Below, piece by piece: positions 1 through 9,400 of a DNA stretch of 64,000 bases. The first letter of the stretch is position 1, and every line of letters starts with the position of its first letter. Source of the DNA: a virus; IMG/VR virus record IMGVR_UViG_3300030419_007368, positions 1-64,000 of that record, one strand, 5' to 3'. Below the pieces are notes generated by a model. It saw only the letters and a list, made by a program, of their open reading frames with translations, was not told the origin of the DNA and made no database searches. Position numbers and translations under genes: made by a program.

Positions 1-427
1 CATCAGCAACAGATTCGACACTCTGAGACAACTCCTTAATATTCTTCGTTATCTCTGCCACCGCCTTATCCATGCCCTTCTTCATCTCGACAGGTGATGC
101 GCCGGCAGCCAAGTACTTCTGACTATTGCGTAAAATCTCCCTAGCCAAGACAGTCGACGTCGTTGTACCGTCGCCAGCAACATTGTTGGTTTCAGATGCT
201 ACTTGTTTAATCAAGCTTGCCGCGGCATGCTCGAAAGGGTCATCCAGCTCCACAAAGTTAGCGACCGTCACACCGTCTTTTGTTATAACCGGGCGCCCTT
301 CTCCAGTAGACAAAATAACATTTCTGCCTTTTGGACCCAGCGTAGCTGCAACATTGTCAGCTAGCTTGTTAACGCCGTTTAGGATTTTTTGTTGCAGTTC
401 CGCTCTTTCAGCGTACAGCTTTGTCAT
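1..427 (-). CDS. groL: Chaperonin GroEL (5' part; runs off window)
   Basis: Hand translation from ATG at 427: MTKLYAERAELQQKILNGVNKLADNVAATLGPKGRNVI...ITKDGVTVA...VAGDGTTTSTVLA. The TLGPKG, TKDGVTVA and GDGTTT motifs are GroEL signatures. GAGG SD upstream. Missing from the ORF track because it is truncated. Confidence 0.97.
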   Translation of the reverse strand, partial: MTKLYAERAELQQKILNGVNKLADNVAATLGPKGRNVILSTGEGRPVITKDGVTVANFVELDDPFEHAAASLIKQVASETNNVAGDGTTTSTVLAREILRNSQKYLAAGASPVEMKKGMDKAVAEITKNIKELSQSVESVAD

Positions 428-482
428 ATAAACCTCGCTCAAATATAAAGTAATAACATTATAGAATAAAACAAGTTAAAGT

Positions 483-2027
483 TTAATCTTTTTCTGCTTT
501 TCTTACATATGTTCTTTGACGTTTTTCAATTTGACCGGCTGTCCTTGCAGCTTCAAGGCCCATGTCACGATCACCGCCGATAAAATAACCGTTGATTTCG
601 TTGGTTAATTTCTCAACTCTAGAAAACAGTTCAAAGATCTGCTCATTTAAGATGTCGACATACTGCTCGGCCAGGTCGCGCACGGCTTGCTGGCCGATCT
701 TGATCTGTCCAATGAAGCCGAAGCCGTCTTGGTCATAGCGCTTCGGTTTGTAATACCGAGCACTTACAATAAACTGTGTTTCGCCGGCAGAACCCTCGTA
801 ACCAGAAGTTCTAGCTATTAAAGACCAAAAATACTCCGGGCCTTTGGCCAGCGCGGCTCGAAGCATAGCAACCGACTCTCTATAGCTACGGTACCCCTCA
901 TAAGTTTTCGCACCTACGTTTCTCCATCGAGAGTCTCCGGGTGGTAATTTCTCAAAGGTGACTGGCTCGTTATCTTTGTACAACCTGAAGGTCTTACCGC
1001 GCGGCGGTCGACCTTCGAATTCATCTTCATCTCGCAGTTCTGCCCCTGCAAAGAACTCTTTCGCATAATCAGAGTCATAAGAAGCTAATATCTTTTTGTA
1101 TTGGTTTAAGCCGCCTGGACCGCCCTTGGCCCAGCGTCTTGCTTCGTCAGTGTCCATGGAGATAGGACTGTAAGCTTCGTCTTCTGTCGCAGAAGGTTCT
1201 CTTGATGGGTCGGAAGACAAGTCTTTTGGAAGCAACAGCAGCTTATAATTCTTCTGATAAGAAAGCAAAGATTCCAAAAATGTCTTCGCTGTGAAATCAA
1301 ACTGAAAAAATCTAATCGCCTGTGGGACGTCGCCGGTCAGCGCTTTGGCTGAGCCGGCCTCTTTAAATGTCTTCAAGCCAACAATGTAACTCATGCGGCC
1401 TTCGGCTCCAGCTTGGCCAACATAATGACCGCTCTCTGGGTCTTGTTTTAGTCCACCTGGATCGATGAAGTGGTCGACCAAATCTCTGTAACTTCCGTGC
1501 ACGTCTCCAGGCTTCTCGCCCAACAACTTCAAGCTGACCGGGTTCTGGTCATTGTCAAGCAAGTCTTGGATACCAGAGGTACCAGCAGGCACCTGATGGC
1601 CACTAAGCAATGCTGCAAGGAAACCTTCAAAAGCAAACCCAGCCGCAGAAGCGTTAAAGTGCAGCAAAATGTTCGTTAATGTGTCCAAAAGCACAATGTG
1701 CGAGAGGATCTCCGATACGTCGTCTGTCTCGGGTGGATTCTCAATAAATTCATTAATATATTGTATTTTTTCAGTTAAGTTGTTTCCTTTAGCGACAATC
1801 TTGGACAAAAGATTCTGAATAATCTCTCTGTCTTTTGTACCTTCCTTGCCCCACATCTTCTCTGAGATTCGGATGATCGGAAGTTTGAGGGTTACATCGC
1901 GGCGAGAAGGTTCTCCCCGCTCATTGATGTTCTGTCGAACTCGATCAATCATCTCGAAAATAAGTTTTAAATCAGCCCTATTCTCGAAATAGTTCTCTTT
2001 AATATACTGCAATTCTTTCTTATTCAT
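483..2027 (-). CDS. Hypothetical protein, possible PD-(D/E)XK-like nuclease domain
   Basis: 514 aa ORF with GAGG SD. Segment GFAFEGFLAAL...IQDL...PVSLKL resembles the E...D...(x)LK core of restriction-fold nucleases. Confidence 0.5.
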   Translation of the reverse strand: MNKKELQYIKENYFENRADLKLIFEMIDRVRQNINERGEPSRRDVTLKLPIIRISEKMWGKEGTKDREIIQNLLSKIVAKGNNLTEKIQYINEFIENPPETDDVSEILSHIVLLDTLTNILLHFNASAAGFAFEGFLAALLSGHQVPAGTSGIQDLLDNDQNPVSLKLLGEKPGDVHGSYRDLVDHFIDPGGLKQDPESGHYVGQAGAEGRMSYIVGLKTFKEAGSAKALTGDVPQAIRFFQFDFTAKTFLESLLSYQKNYKLLLLPKDLSSDPSREPSATEDEAYSPISMDTDEARRWAKGGPGGLNQYKKILASYDSDYAKEFFAGAELRDEDEFEGRPPRGKTFRLYKDNEPVTFEKLPPGDSRWRNVGAKTYEGYRSYRESVAMLRAALAKGPEYFWSLIARTSGYEGSAGETQFIVSARYYKPKRYDQDGFGFIGQIKIGQQAVRDLAEQYVDILNEQIFELFSRVEKLTNEINGYFIGGDRDMGLEAARTAGQIEKRQRTYVRKAEKD

Positions 2028-2043
2028 AAAAGTACCTCTGTAT

Positions 2044-2050
2044 TAATTAG
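2044..2050 (-). promoter_or_regulatory. Putative late-promoter motif (CTAATTA)
   Basis: Recurrent motif, 17 nt upstream of the 2027 start. Confidence 0.5.
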
Positions 2051-2688
2051 AAAATTATATCTGCAATACCCAACTTTACAGCTTCGTGTGCATCGAAATA
2101 GACATTTGTCCTCTTGTCTATCAACTTTTTAATATACTTTTCTTCCATGTTCGTCTCTGAAGCTAAAGATTGAATGTACATCTTCTGTGTTAATTTTGTT
2201 TCAGCGAACTCGTTTTCCATATCCGCTATGTGCCCTGACTGTCCGGCTGCAACACCATGAATCATCACCCGACAGTTAGCGCCGATGCGACGTTCTCCCG
2301 TTGTGCCAGCAGCCAACAGCAGGACTCCAGCGGACATAACCTTTCCCACACCATATGTGTGTATGGGAGTGTCTTCTCTGATCATCCTCATAGTGTCGTA
2401 CACTCCAAACATCTCAGCCGCGTGTCCGCCGTGAGAGGATACATAAAAACTTATTGGTTGTATGACCTCTTCATACTCTGGCTCCTCCTCGGTACCGCCA
2501 GTTACAATCAGGTTTTTGCTGGTACTGTGAAGGGCCAGCAGGCCGTACATAGCATCACAACAACGATCTTCGTTAATATCTCCATAAATGCCAGTAACTC
2601 TCAGTTCTGACTGGCTTGATATGGAACTCAGTATGGAGGCGTTAGGGTTAGCGCCTTCTTTTGTCTTCTCATTGAATTTCCTAAACAA
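2047..2688 (-). CDS. clpP: ClpP-family protease subunit
   Basis: ISFYVSSHGG, VYDTM, KVMSAG (catalytic Ser), RVMIH (His), EAVKLGIAD. Exact start uncertain. Confidence 0.92.
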   Translation of the reverse strand: MFRKFNEKTKEGANPNASILSSISSQSELRVTGIYGDINEDRCCDAMYGLLALHSTSKNLIVTGGTEEEPEYEEVIQPISFYVSSHGGHAAEMFGVYDTMRMIREDTPIHTYGVGKVMSAGVLLLAAGTTGERRIGANCRVMIHGVAAGQSGHIADMENEFAETKLTQKMYIQSLASETNMEEKYIKKLIDKRTNVYFDAHEAVKLGIADIIF

Positions 2689-3037
2689 TTTTGTTCTCCT
2701 TTTCGATTTTCTCTACCTCTGTTAGTATCCTCATAGCCAGCTGCCAATCTGTTATGGACATCTTCCTCCACATTTGATCGTTAACAGAGTTTTTAAGTGA
2801 AAACAGCGCTAAGCGCCGCCAGTGCTCAAACGCAGCTTCGACGTCAGCGCGAGAAGAAGGATCAACAGACTTTAATAAGTCCTGCGCCATTCCGTCTATA
2901 AATTTTAAAAGCGCGATGCAATTTATAAAAGTAATTCGGTAAGAACTACTTTTTGAATAGGCTCCAAACACTTTAATTGCAAATATGTGGGAAATTACTC
3001 CTCCAAAAAACATCATAAAAGCTAAACTAAGATCCAT
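2681..3037 (-). CDS. Hypothetical protein with N-terminal hydrophobic segment
   Basis: 118 aa, N-terminus LSLAFMMFFGGVISHIFAI; overlaps the clpP start. Confidence 0.7.
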   Translation of the reverse strand: MDLSLAFMMFFGGVISHIFAIKVFGAYSKSSSYRITFINCIALLKFIDGMAQDLLKSVDPSSRADVEAAFEHWRRLALFSLKNSVNDQMWRKMSITDWQLAMRILTEVEKIEKENKIV

Positions 3038-3053
3038 CTAACACCACCTTTTT

Positions 3054-3085
3054 AAAAAAAAAGGCAGGGAATAAATCCCTGCCTT
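3054..3085 (-). terminator. Rho-independent terminator
   Basis: Stem aaggcaggga/tccctgcctt (3061-3085) followed on the minus strand by a T run; lies downstream of 3112..3723. Confidence 0.85.
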
Positions 3086-3111
3086 CTAAAACAGCTTAAT
3101 AATTTAATACG

Positions 3112-3723
3112 TTACCTTCTTCGTCGGGCTCGTTTTTTCGAGCCACTCCTTTTTGCAGACATGAGTCTACGAGCCACTCGGCGAGCAACCTCATTAACGA
3201 GATCGCTGTCATCCTCAAGGAATACATCTTCCTCAAGTTCTTCACCTTCGCCTTCTTCTGGAGGAACGCCTTCTTCGCCGGCTGCGGCCACTGGCTCTTC
3301 GACTGGTGCCTCATCTCCTACGGGCTCGTCGAGCGCTGCTCCTTCGGGCTCCCCTCCGGAGACATCCATATCGATGCCAAGCTCTTGTGCCTTGTCAGCA
3401 GCTGCGCCTAAGATCGCCGCAAGCTTGTCCTCGGCGCTCATATCAGCGCCTTCTGCGCCGGCATCCGCCATCGGATCCTCGGCTGGCTCTTCGACTGGTG
3501 CATCATCTCCTACGGGTTCTTCTGCTGGAAGTTCTTCTCCACCACCCATTGCCATCTCACCGCCCATATCGGCGCCGCCGGCCTCAAGACCCTCTTCTTC
3601 GTCGTCCTTGTACATCATCCCGCCTTCGTCAAGTCTATCGACGAAGCCGTCTGCAAGACTGCCAATCTCAGCGAATTTCATGAACTTTCGGATTTCTTGT
3701 TCGTTTAAAAGCTGCTTTTTCAT
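3112..3723 (-). CDS. Highly acidic low-complexity protein (putative prohead core/internal protein)
   Basis: 203 aa, E/D/G/A/P rich. N-terminal LLNEQEIRKFMKFAEI and C-terminal LVNEVARRVARRL resemble segments of the scaffold protein. Has AGGAG SD, late motif and its own terminator. Confidence 0.65.
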   Translation of the reverse strand: MKKQLLNEQEIRKFMKFAEIGSLADGFVDRLDEGGMMYKDDEEEGLEAGGADMGGEMAMGGGEELPAEEPVGDDAPVEEPAEDPMADAGAEGADMSAEDKLAAILGAAADKAQELGIDMDVSGGEPEGAALDEPVGDEAPVEEPVAAAGEEGVPPEEGEGEELEEDVFLEDDSDLVNEVARRVARRLMSAKRSGSKKRARRRR

Positions 3724-3761
3724 TTAAAAATCTCCTTGAAATGTATTTTAGCAATACAATT

Positions 3762-3768
3762 TAAATAG
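3762..3768 (-). promoter_or_regulatory. Putative late-promoter motif (CTATTTA)
   Basis: Recurrent motif, 39 nt upstream of the 3723 start. Confidence 0.55.
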
Positions 3769-3769
3769 C

Positions 3770-4000
3770 TTAGTCTTTTAATAAATGACCTATTTTTTTT
3801 AAAGCAGAATCCTGTATTTGTTTGACCCTGACGAAACTCACGCCGAGACGGTCTGCAGCTTCTCTTAAAGTGAGTGCTCCGTGCCTCTCAACAGTTTCGA
3901 AAGTACAGTTATGTTCTTGCTCGTAAGATATCCAGTACCTACACTCTTCGATTGGGCATGCAACGTTTAATTTCTTGCAAGTCTGCAAACAGCTTTTCAT
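3770..4000 (-). CDS. Stand-alone sigma70 region-4 HTH protein with Cys-rich N-terminus
   Basis: LTLREAADRLGVSFVRVKQIQDSALKKI matches the sigma70 r4.2 pattern; Cys at positions 4, 8, 15, 20 and 32. Confidence 0.8.
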   Translation of the reverse strand: MKSCLQTCKKLNVACPIEECRYWISYEQEHNCTFETVERHGALTLREAADRLGVSFVRVKQIQDSALKKIGHLLKD

Positions 4001-4332
4001 AGATCATTCTCCACTTCTAATATGTCAAATATTGTTTTAATTTCTTCTTCTTTTAACGAAAATTTATCTTTATTTTCGCTAGCTAATCTGTGCATCTGCT
4101 TTATCTTTTTGCGCTTATTTTTGCCTTGTATCGCATTCTTTTCCTTACAAGAATCCAAAAAATTCAACACGCGCTCATCGCTCTCGATGTAACCGGTTAA
4201 CATAAAGCGAAAAAACTGTGATTGACTCAAGCCATCGTACTGACACCTTATCCTCAGCTTGGCTTGTCTTTCTGCGGTATCATAAAACATTATTTTCTTT
4301 CTTTCTTCAGTTTTAGAACCTTTGTCGCTCAT
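3997..4332 (-). CDS. Hypothetical protein (possible ribbon-helix-helix)
   Basis: 111 aa, ATGA-coupled to both neighbours; a short strand then two helices (KIMFY...AKLRIRC...LSQSQFFRFML). Confidence 0.6.
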   Translation of the reverse strand: MSDKGSKTEERKKIMFYDTAERQAKLRIRCQYDGLSQSQFFRFMLTGYIESDERVLNFLDSCKEKNAIQGKNKRKKIKQMHRLASENKDKFSLKEEEIKTIFDILEVENDL

Positions 4333-5351
4333 TTATCTCTCCAAAGGATGTGAGTTCCGGATTCGCTTTGGCCCGCTGAAGTCTGAGTCGTGAATTCACA
4401 GTTTAATTGCAGGTCTCTAATGCTAGTGCATCCTGAATAGGATAAGCCACTTCGAATGCCTCCGGCAATATCTCTCAACACTTCAGCGACCGGGCCGCGA
4501 TATGCAACAGTAGAGGACACGCCCTCTGGTGTAGAGGATTTCCCCCTCCAATCCTTTTGTGCGTTGCTCGAAGCCATCCCTCTATAAACCTTATATCTAG
4601 ACCCATCGGCGGAAGTAAACACTTGCCCCGGAGTCTCTTTTGTTCCAGCTAACATCGACCCCAACATCACAAAGTCAGCGCCGGCGGCTAGGGCCTTGAT
4701 TATATCGCCGCTAGTTTTGAAGCCGCCGTCAGCTACAATGGGTATTTCATGAGCAGTTCTTGCGCAATCGATGACGCTCTGCAACGTTGGTACACCATGC
4801 CCACTAACCAGCCGGGTGGAGCAAATAGAGCCACCGCCAATTCCGACACGAACTGAGTCGGCGCCCCATGAAGCAAGATCGTCAAACGCTTCTAGCGTTG
4901 CAACATTTCCCGCCATAAGGTGCACATCACGCCCAAATTTGTTCTTCAAACTGGACAGAGCATCTCTCATCATCACGTGATGGCCATGAGCTACGTCGAT
5001 ACAAAGTATGTTGGCGCCGGAGTCGACAACATTTTGCGCCCTCTCTAAGAAGTCGCCAGTCATACCGATTGCTGCAGCCACATGCTTGACGCCGGAAGTA
5101 TAAACATCAAAAACGATCTTAGCCTGTTCTTCGACAGAGTTATACCTGTGAATAATTCCCAACCCGCCGGCGGAAGACATAGACTTTGCCATGTTAAGCT
5201 CGGTAACCGTGTCCATGGGACTAGATATCACAGGTAGAGTAAGCTCAATGGATTCGGACAAGAACGCACTGGTATCGACATCAGACCTGCTGCGTATTTC
5301 ACTATATTTTGGCACTAGGAGTGTATCATCAAATGACAGCGATTTCTTCAT
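4329..5351 (-). CDS. IMP dehydrogenase / GMP reductase family, no CBS domains
   Basis: [37 protein letters not shown] (catalytic Cys), ADGG, YRGMAS. Start placed at ATG 5351, which overlaps the upstream stop (ATGA). Confidence 0.92.
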   Translation of the reverse strand: MKKSLSFDDTLLVPKYSEIRSRSDVDTSAFLSESIELTLPVISSPMDTVTELNMAKSMSSAGGLGIIHRYNSVEEQAKIVFDVYTSGVKHVAAAIGMTGDFLERAQNVVDSGANILCIDVAHGHHVMMRDALSSLKNKFGRDVHLMAGNVATLEAFDDLASWGADSVRVGIGGGSICSTRLVSGHGVPTLQSVIDCARTAHEIPIVADGGFKTSGDIIKALAAGADFVMLGSMLAGTKETPGQVFTSADGSRYKVYRGMASSNAQKDWRGKSSTPEGVSSTVAYRGPVAEVLRDIAGGIRSGLSYSGCTSIRDLQLNCEFTTQTSAGQSESGTHILWRDK

Positions 5352-5680
5352 TGTTGACCGCCTCTTAGGTTGTTCAGTCTTCGCTGCAAATACCAAATTG
5401 CCTTCTCGATATCTCTCACTGCAGTGCCTTTGTGCATATGTCGGGATATATACTTGATGGCGTTACCGCAATTAAAGTCCAAATTCCAATCTTCTATAAC
5501 ATCAATGGTTTCATAAGCGCCATGATTGTAGTGCGAAGGGTGATCGACTAGGTTTAGCTTTACGTTCACTAAAGTACTGTTAGTTCCATCTGGATCGCAA
5601 GTCGAACCACCCTTAGGATGGCGATCTCGCATGTCCAGTTGCGCTGTGTTGTCGTGCCTGTTCTTTCTCTTATCTTTCAT
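5348..5680 (-). CDS. DUF3310 (T7 gp1.7-like nucleotide kinase family) protein
   Basis: VDHPSHY...ETIDVIE...FNCGNAIKYISR...KG...DIEKAIWYL; ATG 5680 has an AGGAG SD. Confidence 0.85.
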   Translation of the reverse strand: MKDKRKNRHDNTAQLDMRDRHPKGGSTCDPDGTNSTLVNVKLNLVDHPSHYNHGAYETIDVIEDWNLDFNCGNAIKYISRHMHKGTAVRDIEKAIWYLQRRLNNLRGGQQ

Positions 5681-5690
5681 GGTTTTCTCC

Positions 5691-6185
5691 TTAAAACCCA
5701 GACGGCATGCCATTTAGTGGGTTGTCGATTTTCTCATCTGTGCTGCCCAGGGCGCCGGTGCCGCGGCCTGATATAGTTATGTTATCACTGTATAACTGAC
5801 CCTCTACAAGTCTTGGTCGAAAGTGCACAACTGGGACTAAAATAAGTTGGGCGATCTTCGCGCCTCTCTCGACATACTGGGTCTCTCCCCCAATATTATG
5901 AAGGTCTACAAACACCTCCCCTTCGTAGCCACTGTCGACAATATGCGCGCCGACGACTAGGGACCGCTTTGCGCCCATACTTGACCGATTGCAAACCTGC
6001 AACATGTATCCATGCGGGATTCCAAAGCTAAGCCCAGTCGGGAGCAGCTTGTTTTCTCCCGGCTTTACACCTACCACCGAAGCCTTCGGGTCTTTAGGAC
6101 AGTAAAAAACATCCAAACCAGCGTCACTGGGGTTGGCTCGTGTCGGCGCTATCGCTCCGTGTCTCATCTTGTATTCCAAAATCAT
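5691..6185 (-). CDS. dut: Trimeric dUTPase
   Basis: DAGLD, RSS, IVDSGYEGE, KIAQL, RGTGALGST motifs; start at 6185 (or 6200). Confidence 0.95.
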   Translation of the reverse strand: MILEYKMRHGAIAPTRANPSDAGLDVFYCPKDPKASVVGVKPGENKLLPTGLSFGIPHGYMLQVCNRSSMGAKRSLVVGAHIVDSGYEGEVFVDLHNIGGETQYVERGAKIAQLILVPVVHFRPRLVEGQLYSDNITISGRGTGALGSTDEKIDNPLNGMPSGF

Positions 6186-6432
6186 TTTGTACCTCTTCAA
6201 TAATTTTCATTGCTGATCCCCAGCAATCTGGACAGTAAATCCTTACAACTTCTTCTTTCTCTCTCACAACAACATTCCAAGTCGTTGCATGTTCCTTTGA
6301 CTTTTTGTCAAAAGGCTTCTGACACATGTTGCACTCGTCACCGAGCATCCCGAACATCGTCATCTTTCTTTTAATTTCTTTTTTGGCTTTTTTGGCCTTG
6401 TTTCGGGCCATCTTTCTCTTCAAACTTCCCAT
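6124..6432 (-). CDS. Hypothetical CxxC...CxxC zinc-finger protein
   Basis: CNMC and YCPDC motifs; basic N-terminus; 3' end overlaps dut by about 60 nt. Confidence 0.7.
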   Translation of the reverse strand: MGSLKRKMARNKAKKAKKEIKRKMTMFGMLGDECNMCQKPFDKKSKEHATTWNVVVREKEEVVRIYCPDCWGSAMKIIEEVQNDFGIQDETRSDSADTSQPQ

Positions 6433-6434
6433 TA

Positions 6435-9400
6435 TTACCCCAATAATTTAAAAGTGTGGCGCACCGACCTGGTGCTGAATCCCCATTCTTCGCTAAAATC
6501 CAATTTAGCTGCATAGGGGCGATTAATATGTATAGTGTCAGTTTCTTTTACACCCCAGCACTTAATTGATGTCGTGGCTGAAGTCTCGTCGGTCACCTTA
6601 ACAATCCAATACGGCTTACCATTCTTAGTTTTCTTAACCAAGACTTCGCGGGGCACAAACCACGCGATACCGAGCTGTCGATCCCACTTACCAATTGGAG
6701 GCACCATGTGCTTGTCAATTGAGTCTCTAACCTGCTTGGACATAACCAGATCAAATGGGAAGATCCCGGTGAGGGAGGACACAAAATCAATTTTCTCTTC
6801 CTTAGAGAACTCTCCCTCCGGGGAATATAGATCTATATTCTCAAGCAACCGCTTCGTGGACTTTGGCTTATCTTGAATGCAAGCCATCCAAAAATGTTTT
6901 GATCCTGTGAAGCGATCATCGATTACGGACTTCAAAGCTTCCGAGCGACACAATACGTCGAGAGCCTTCTTGTTCAACTTTGAATACACAATATCTTCAT
7001 TAAACAACAATTCTTCCACATTGTTAAATGGTCGATTGTTGATAATCTGCTCAATCGCTTTGTCACCCAAGCCCTTGATAGAACTAAGAGGTTGAATTAG
7101 AGTTTTTCCATCCTCAGCGATCTCCCACTGCGCGGTTGATGTGTTAATGTCGAGAGCTTTAATCTTAAACCCGCTCTTCTGTGCTAAAGAAATAGCAGCC
7201 TCTTTGCGAGATTCGGGCTCCTTGTCAAGAAACGCAGCAATCCAACATTCAGGGTAATAGTTCAATAGCCATGCGCATTGAAAACTGAGTATAGAATAAG
7301 AAACAGCGTGAGACTTATTAAACCCATAACCGCTAAAGTACTCGAACGTTTGCCATAGGTCGCTTGCTGTGCTCTCCGCAATCTTCTTCTCCTTGCAGCC
7401 CTCGATAAATTTCTCTCTAATTTTATTCTTCTCTTGTGCACCTTTTCCAGTTCCTTTCTTTGTTAAAAGCTTGCGAAGTTTATTCCCCTCGTCAAGGGAA
7501 ATATCCTTTCCAAGTTTATGTGCAAGCAAGGCAATCTGCTCCTGAAATATAAGGAATCCAGCAGTTTCACTAGTGACCTCCTCAAAGACGTCATTAAAAT
7601 AGTAGACGTCATCCAAATTGTTCTTTGCCTTGACATATTTTTTATCGACGCCGGCGGAAAGTGGTCCTGGCCGGTAGATGGAAGTAATCGCAGAAATATC
7701 AATGATATTCTCTGGCTTTGCTCTTCGGGCTAGCCTTTGAGCGCCGGCATTAGTAAACTGGAAAACTCCAACAAATTTTCCTTTGTGGAAGATATTCTTG
7801 TACACTTTGCTGTCATTCAAATCGATCTTATCAGGGTGCAGGAACTTATCATAATAACCTTTGATGTCCTTAAAGGTTGGATTCTCGACATCATAATATC
7901 TCCTTAGCACGTGTGCCACTGCGGACTCGATCATCTCCAACGTAGAAAGCCCAAGTAAGTCAAATTTAATGAAGCCAAGGGGCTCAAGATGCCTCACATT
8001 CATTCCTTCTGACCACGGGGTCTGCATCACACCACCAGAACAAATCAAAGGCATGTGCTTGTCAAGGTCCTCTCCGATCACAACGCCGCCGGCATGACGG
8101 CTAGTTGACCTAACCTGGCCGACAAGAGACTCAACATGAGTCTTGATGTGGGGGTATTTGACAAGGAACATGTGTAGTGATTCAGAGTATTCCATAACCT
8201 CTTCAAAAGTTGGAACATACACACCAGCACGAATACCATGCTTTGCCTTCGCCTTCGGCGTAGCTTCTTTAACCATCCGACTTGTGACAGCGTTCACCTC
8301 TGGATATGGAACATCATAGAACTTTCCGATATCTTTGATGAGAGAACGAAGCTGCAAAGTGTTAAAGTTTGAGATGGGAACAACAGTGGTTTCTCCCCAC
8401 TCCTCGGCCAAGATCTCCTTAAGCCCGAATGCATCGCTGACGTCATAATCAATATCTGGATAATCTTTAGCATCAGATCGTAAAAACCTGCTGAAAAGTA
8501 GACCATGCTTAATTGGATCAACTTGTGTAATGCCAAGCACATAAGACACCAGAGAGCCAGCTGCGGATCCACGGCCCGGGCCAGCTAACATATGGTCCCC
8601 CGCCTTGTCTGATACTGCTTTCATGGTAAGAAAGTATTTACTGAAGCCTCTATTGTTGATGACAGTAAGCTCGTTTTTAAGTCGATCAACGTACTCTTGG
8701 TTGTCTTCCAGACCTAGTTTTCTCAGCCCAGCAATTGATTCTTTAACCAGCGTTTGTTCACCAGATTCGCCATCAGGGACAACAAACCCAGGGAGACGGA
8801 CAGTGTCATCCGGCATAAAGTCTTCAATTCTCTCATTAGCGATCCAATGAGTTTTTACAAGGGAATCATACACGATATCGTCGTTGTACGACACGCCGCA
8901 CTCTTCTGAATACTTCTTGTATGAGTCCCACATTTGATCGCCGTTCTTCGGATAAAGTTCCATGCCCATCTCATCGATATCGATTGGTAGCTCAGACTTC
9001 ATGTACTCTGGTACCTTTGATTTACCGAGCCAACCTAGGCGCTTATAAAGCTCGCGATCCTTCCAGGCCTCTGCGCTTGGATAGTGTGAATCAGCAGTAG
9101 AAATTAATTCAATTCCGAACTCTTCGTGCATTTTGATAACATACTTGTTTAATTCATGCTGCTCAGGCACGTTGTTCCATTGTAGCTCTCCGTACCAGCG
9201 ATCGCCCAGGCAGTCAATCATGCGTCGTGTGGTTGTGCGCATGGCCTCCAAGACGGCCTCTTCTCCCTCTTCTCGATTGTTCCAGTAATCCTTAGCATAT
9301 ACTCCACCTAAACATGCAGAGGAGGCGATTACTCCCTCTCCATATTCTTTAAGCAGAGCGTAATCCAAGCGCGGTTTGCGATAGAAATTATCGCCTTGGT

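Noticed and set aside
126-431. Plus-strand 101-aa ORF
   Set aside because: Antisense shadow of groEL.
3096-3727. Overlapping ORFs 3096..3314, 3161..3727 and 3306..3683
   Set aside because: Alternative-frame or antisense shadows of the low-complexity acidic gene.
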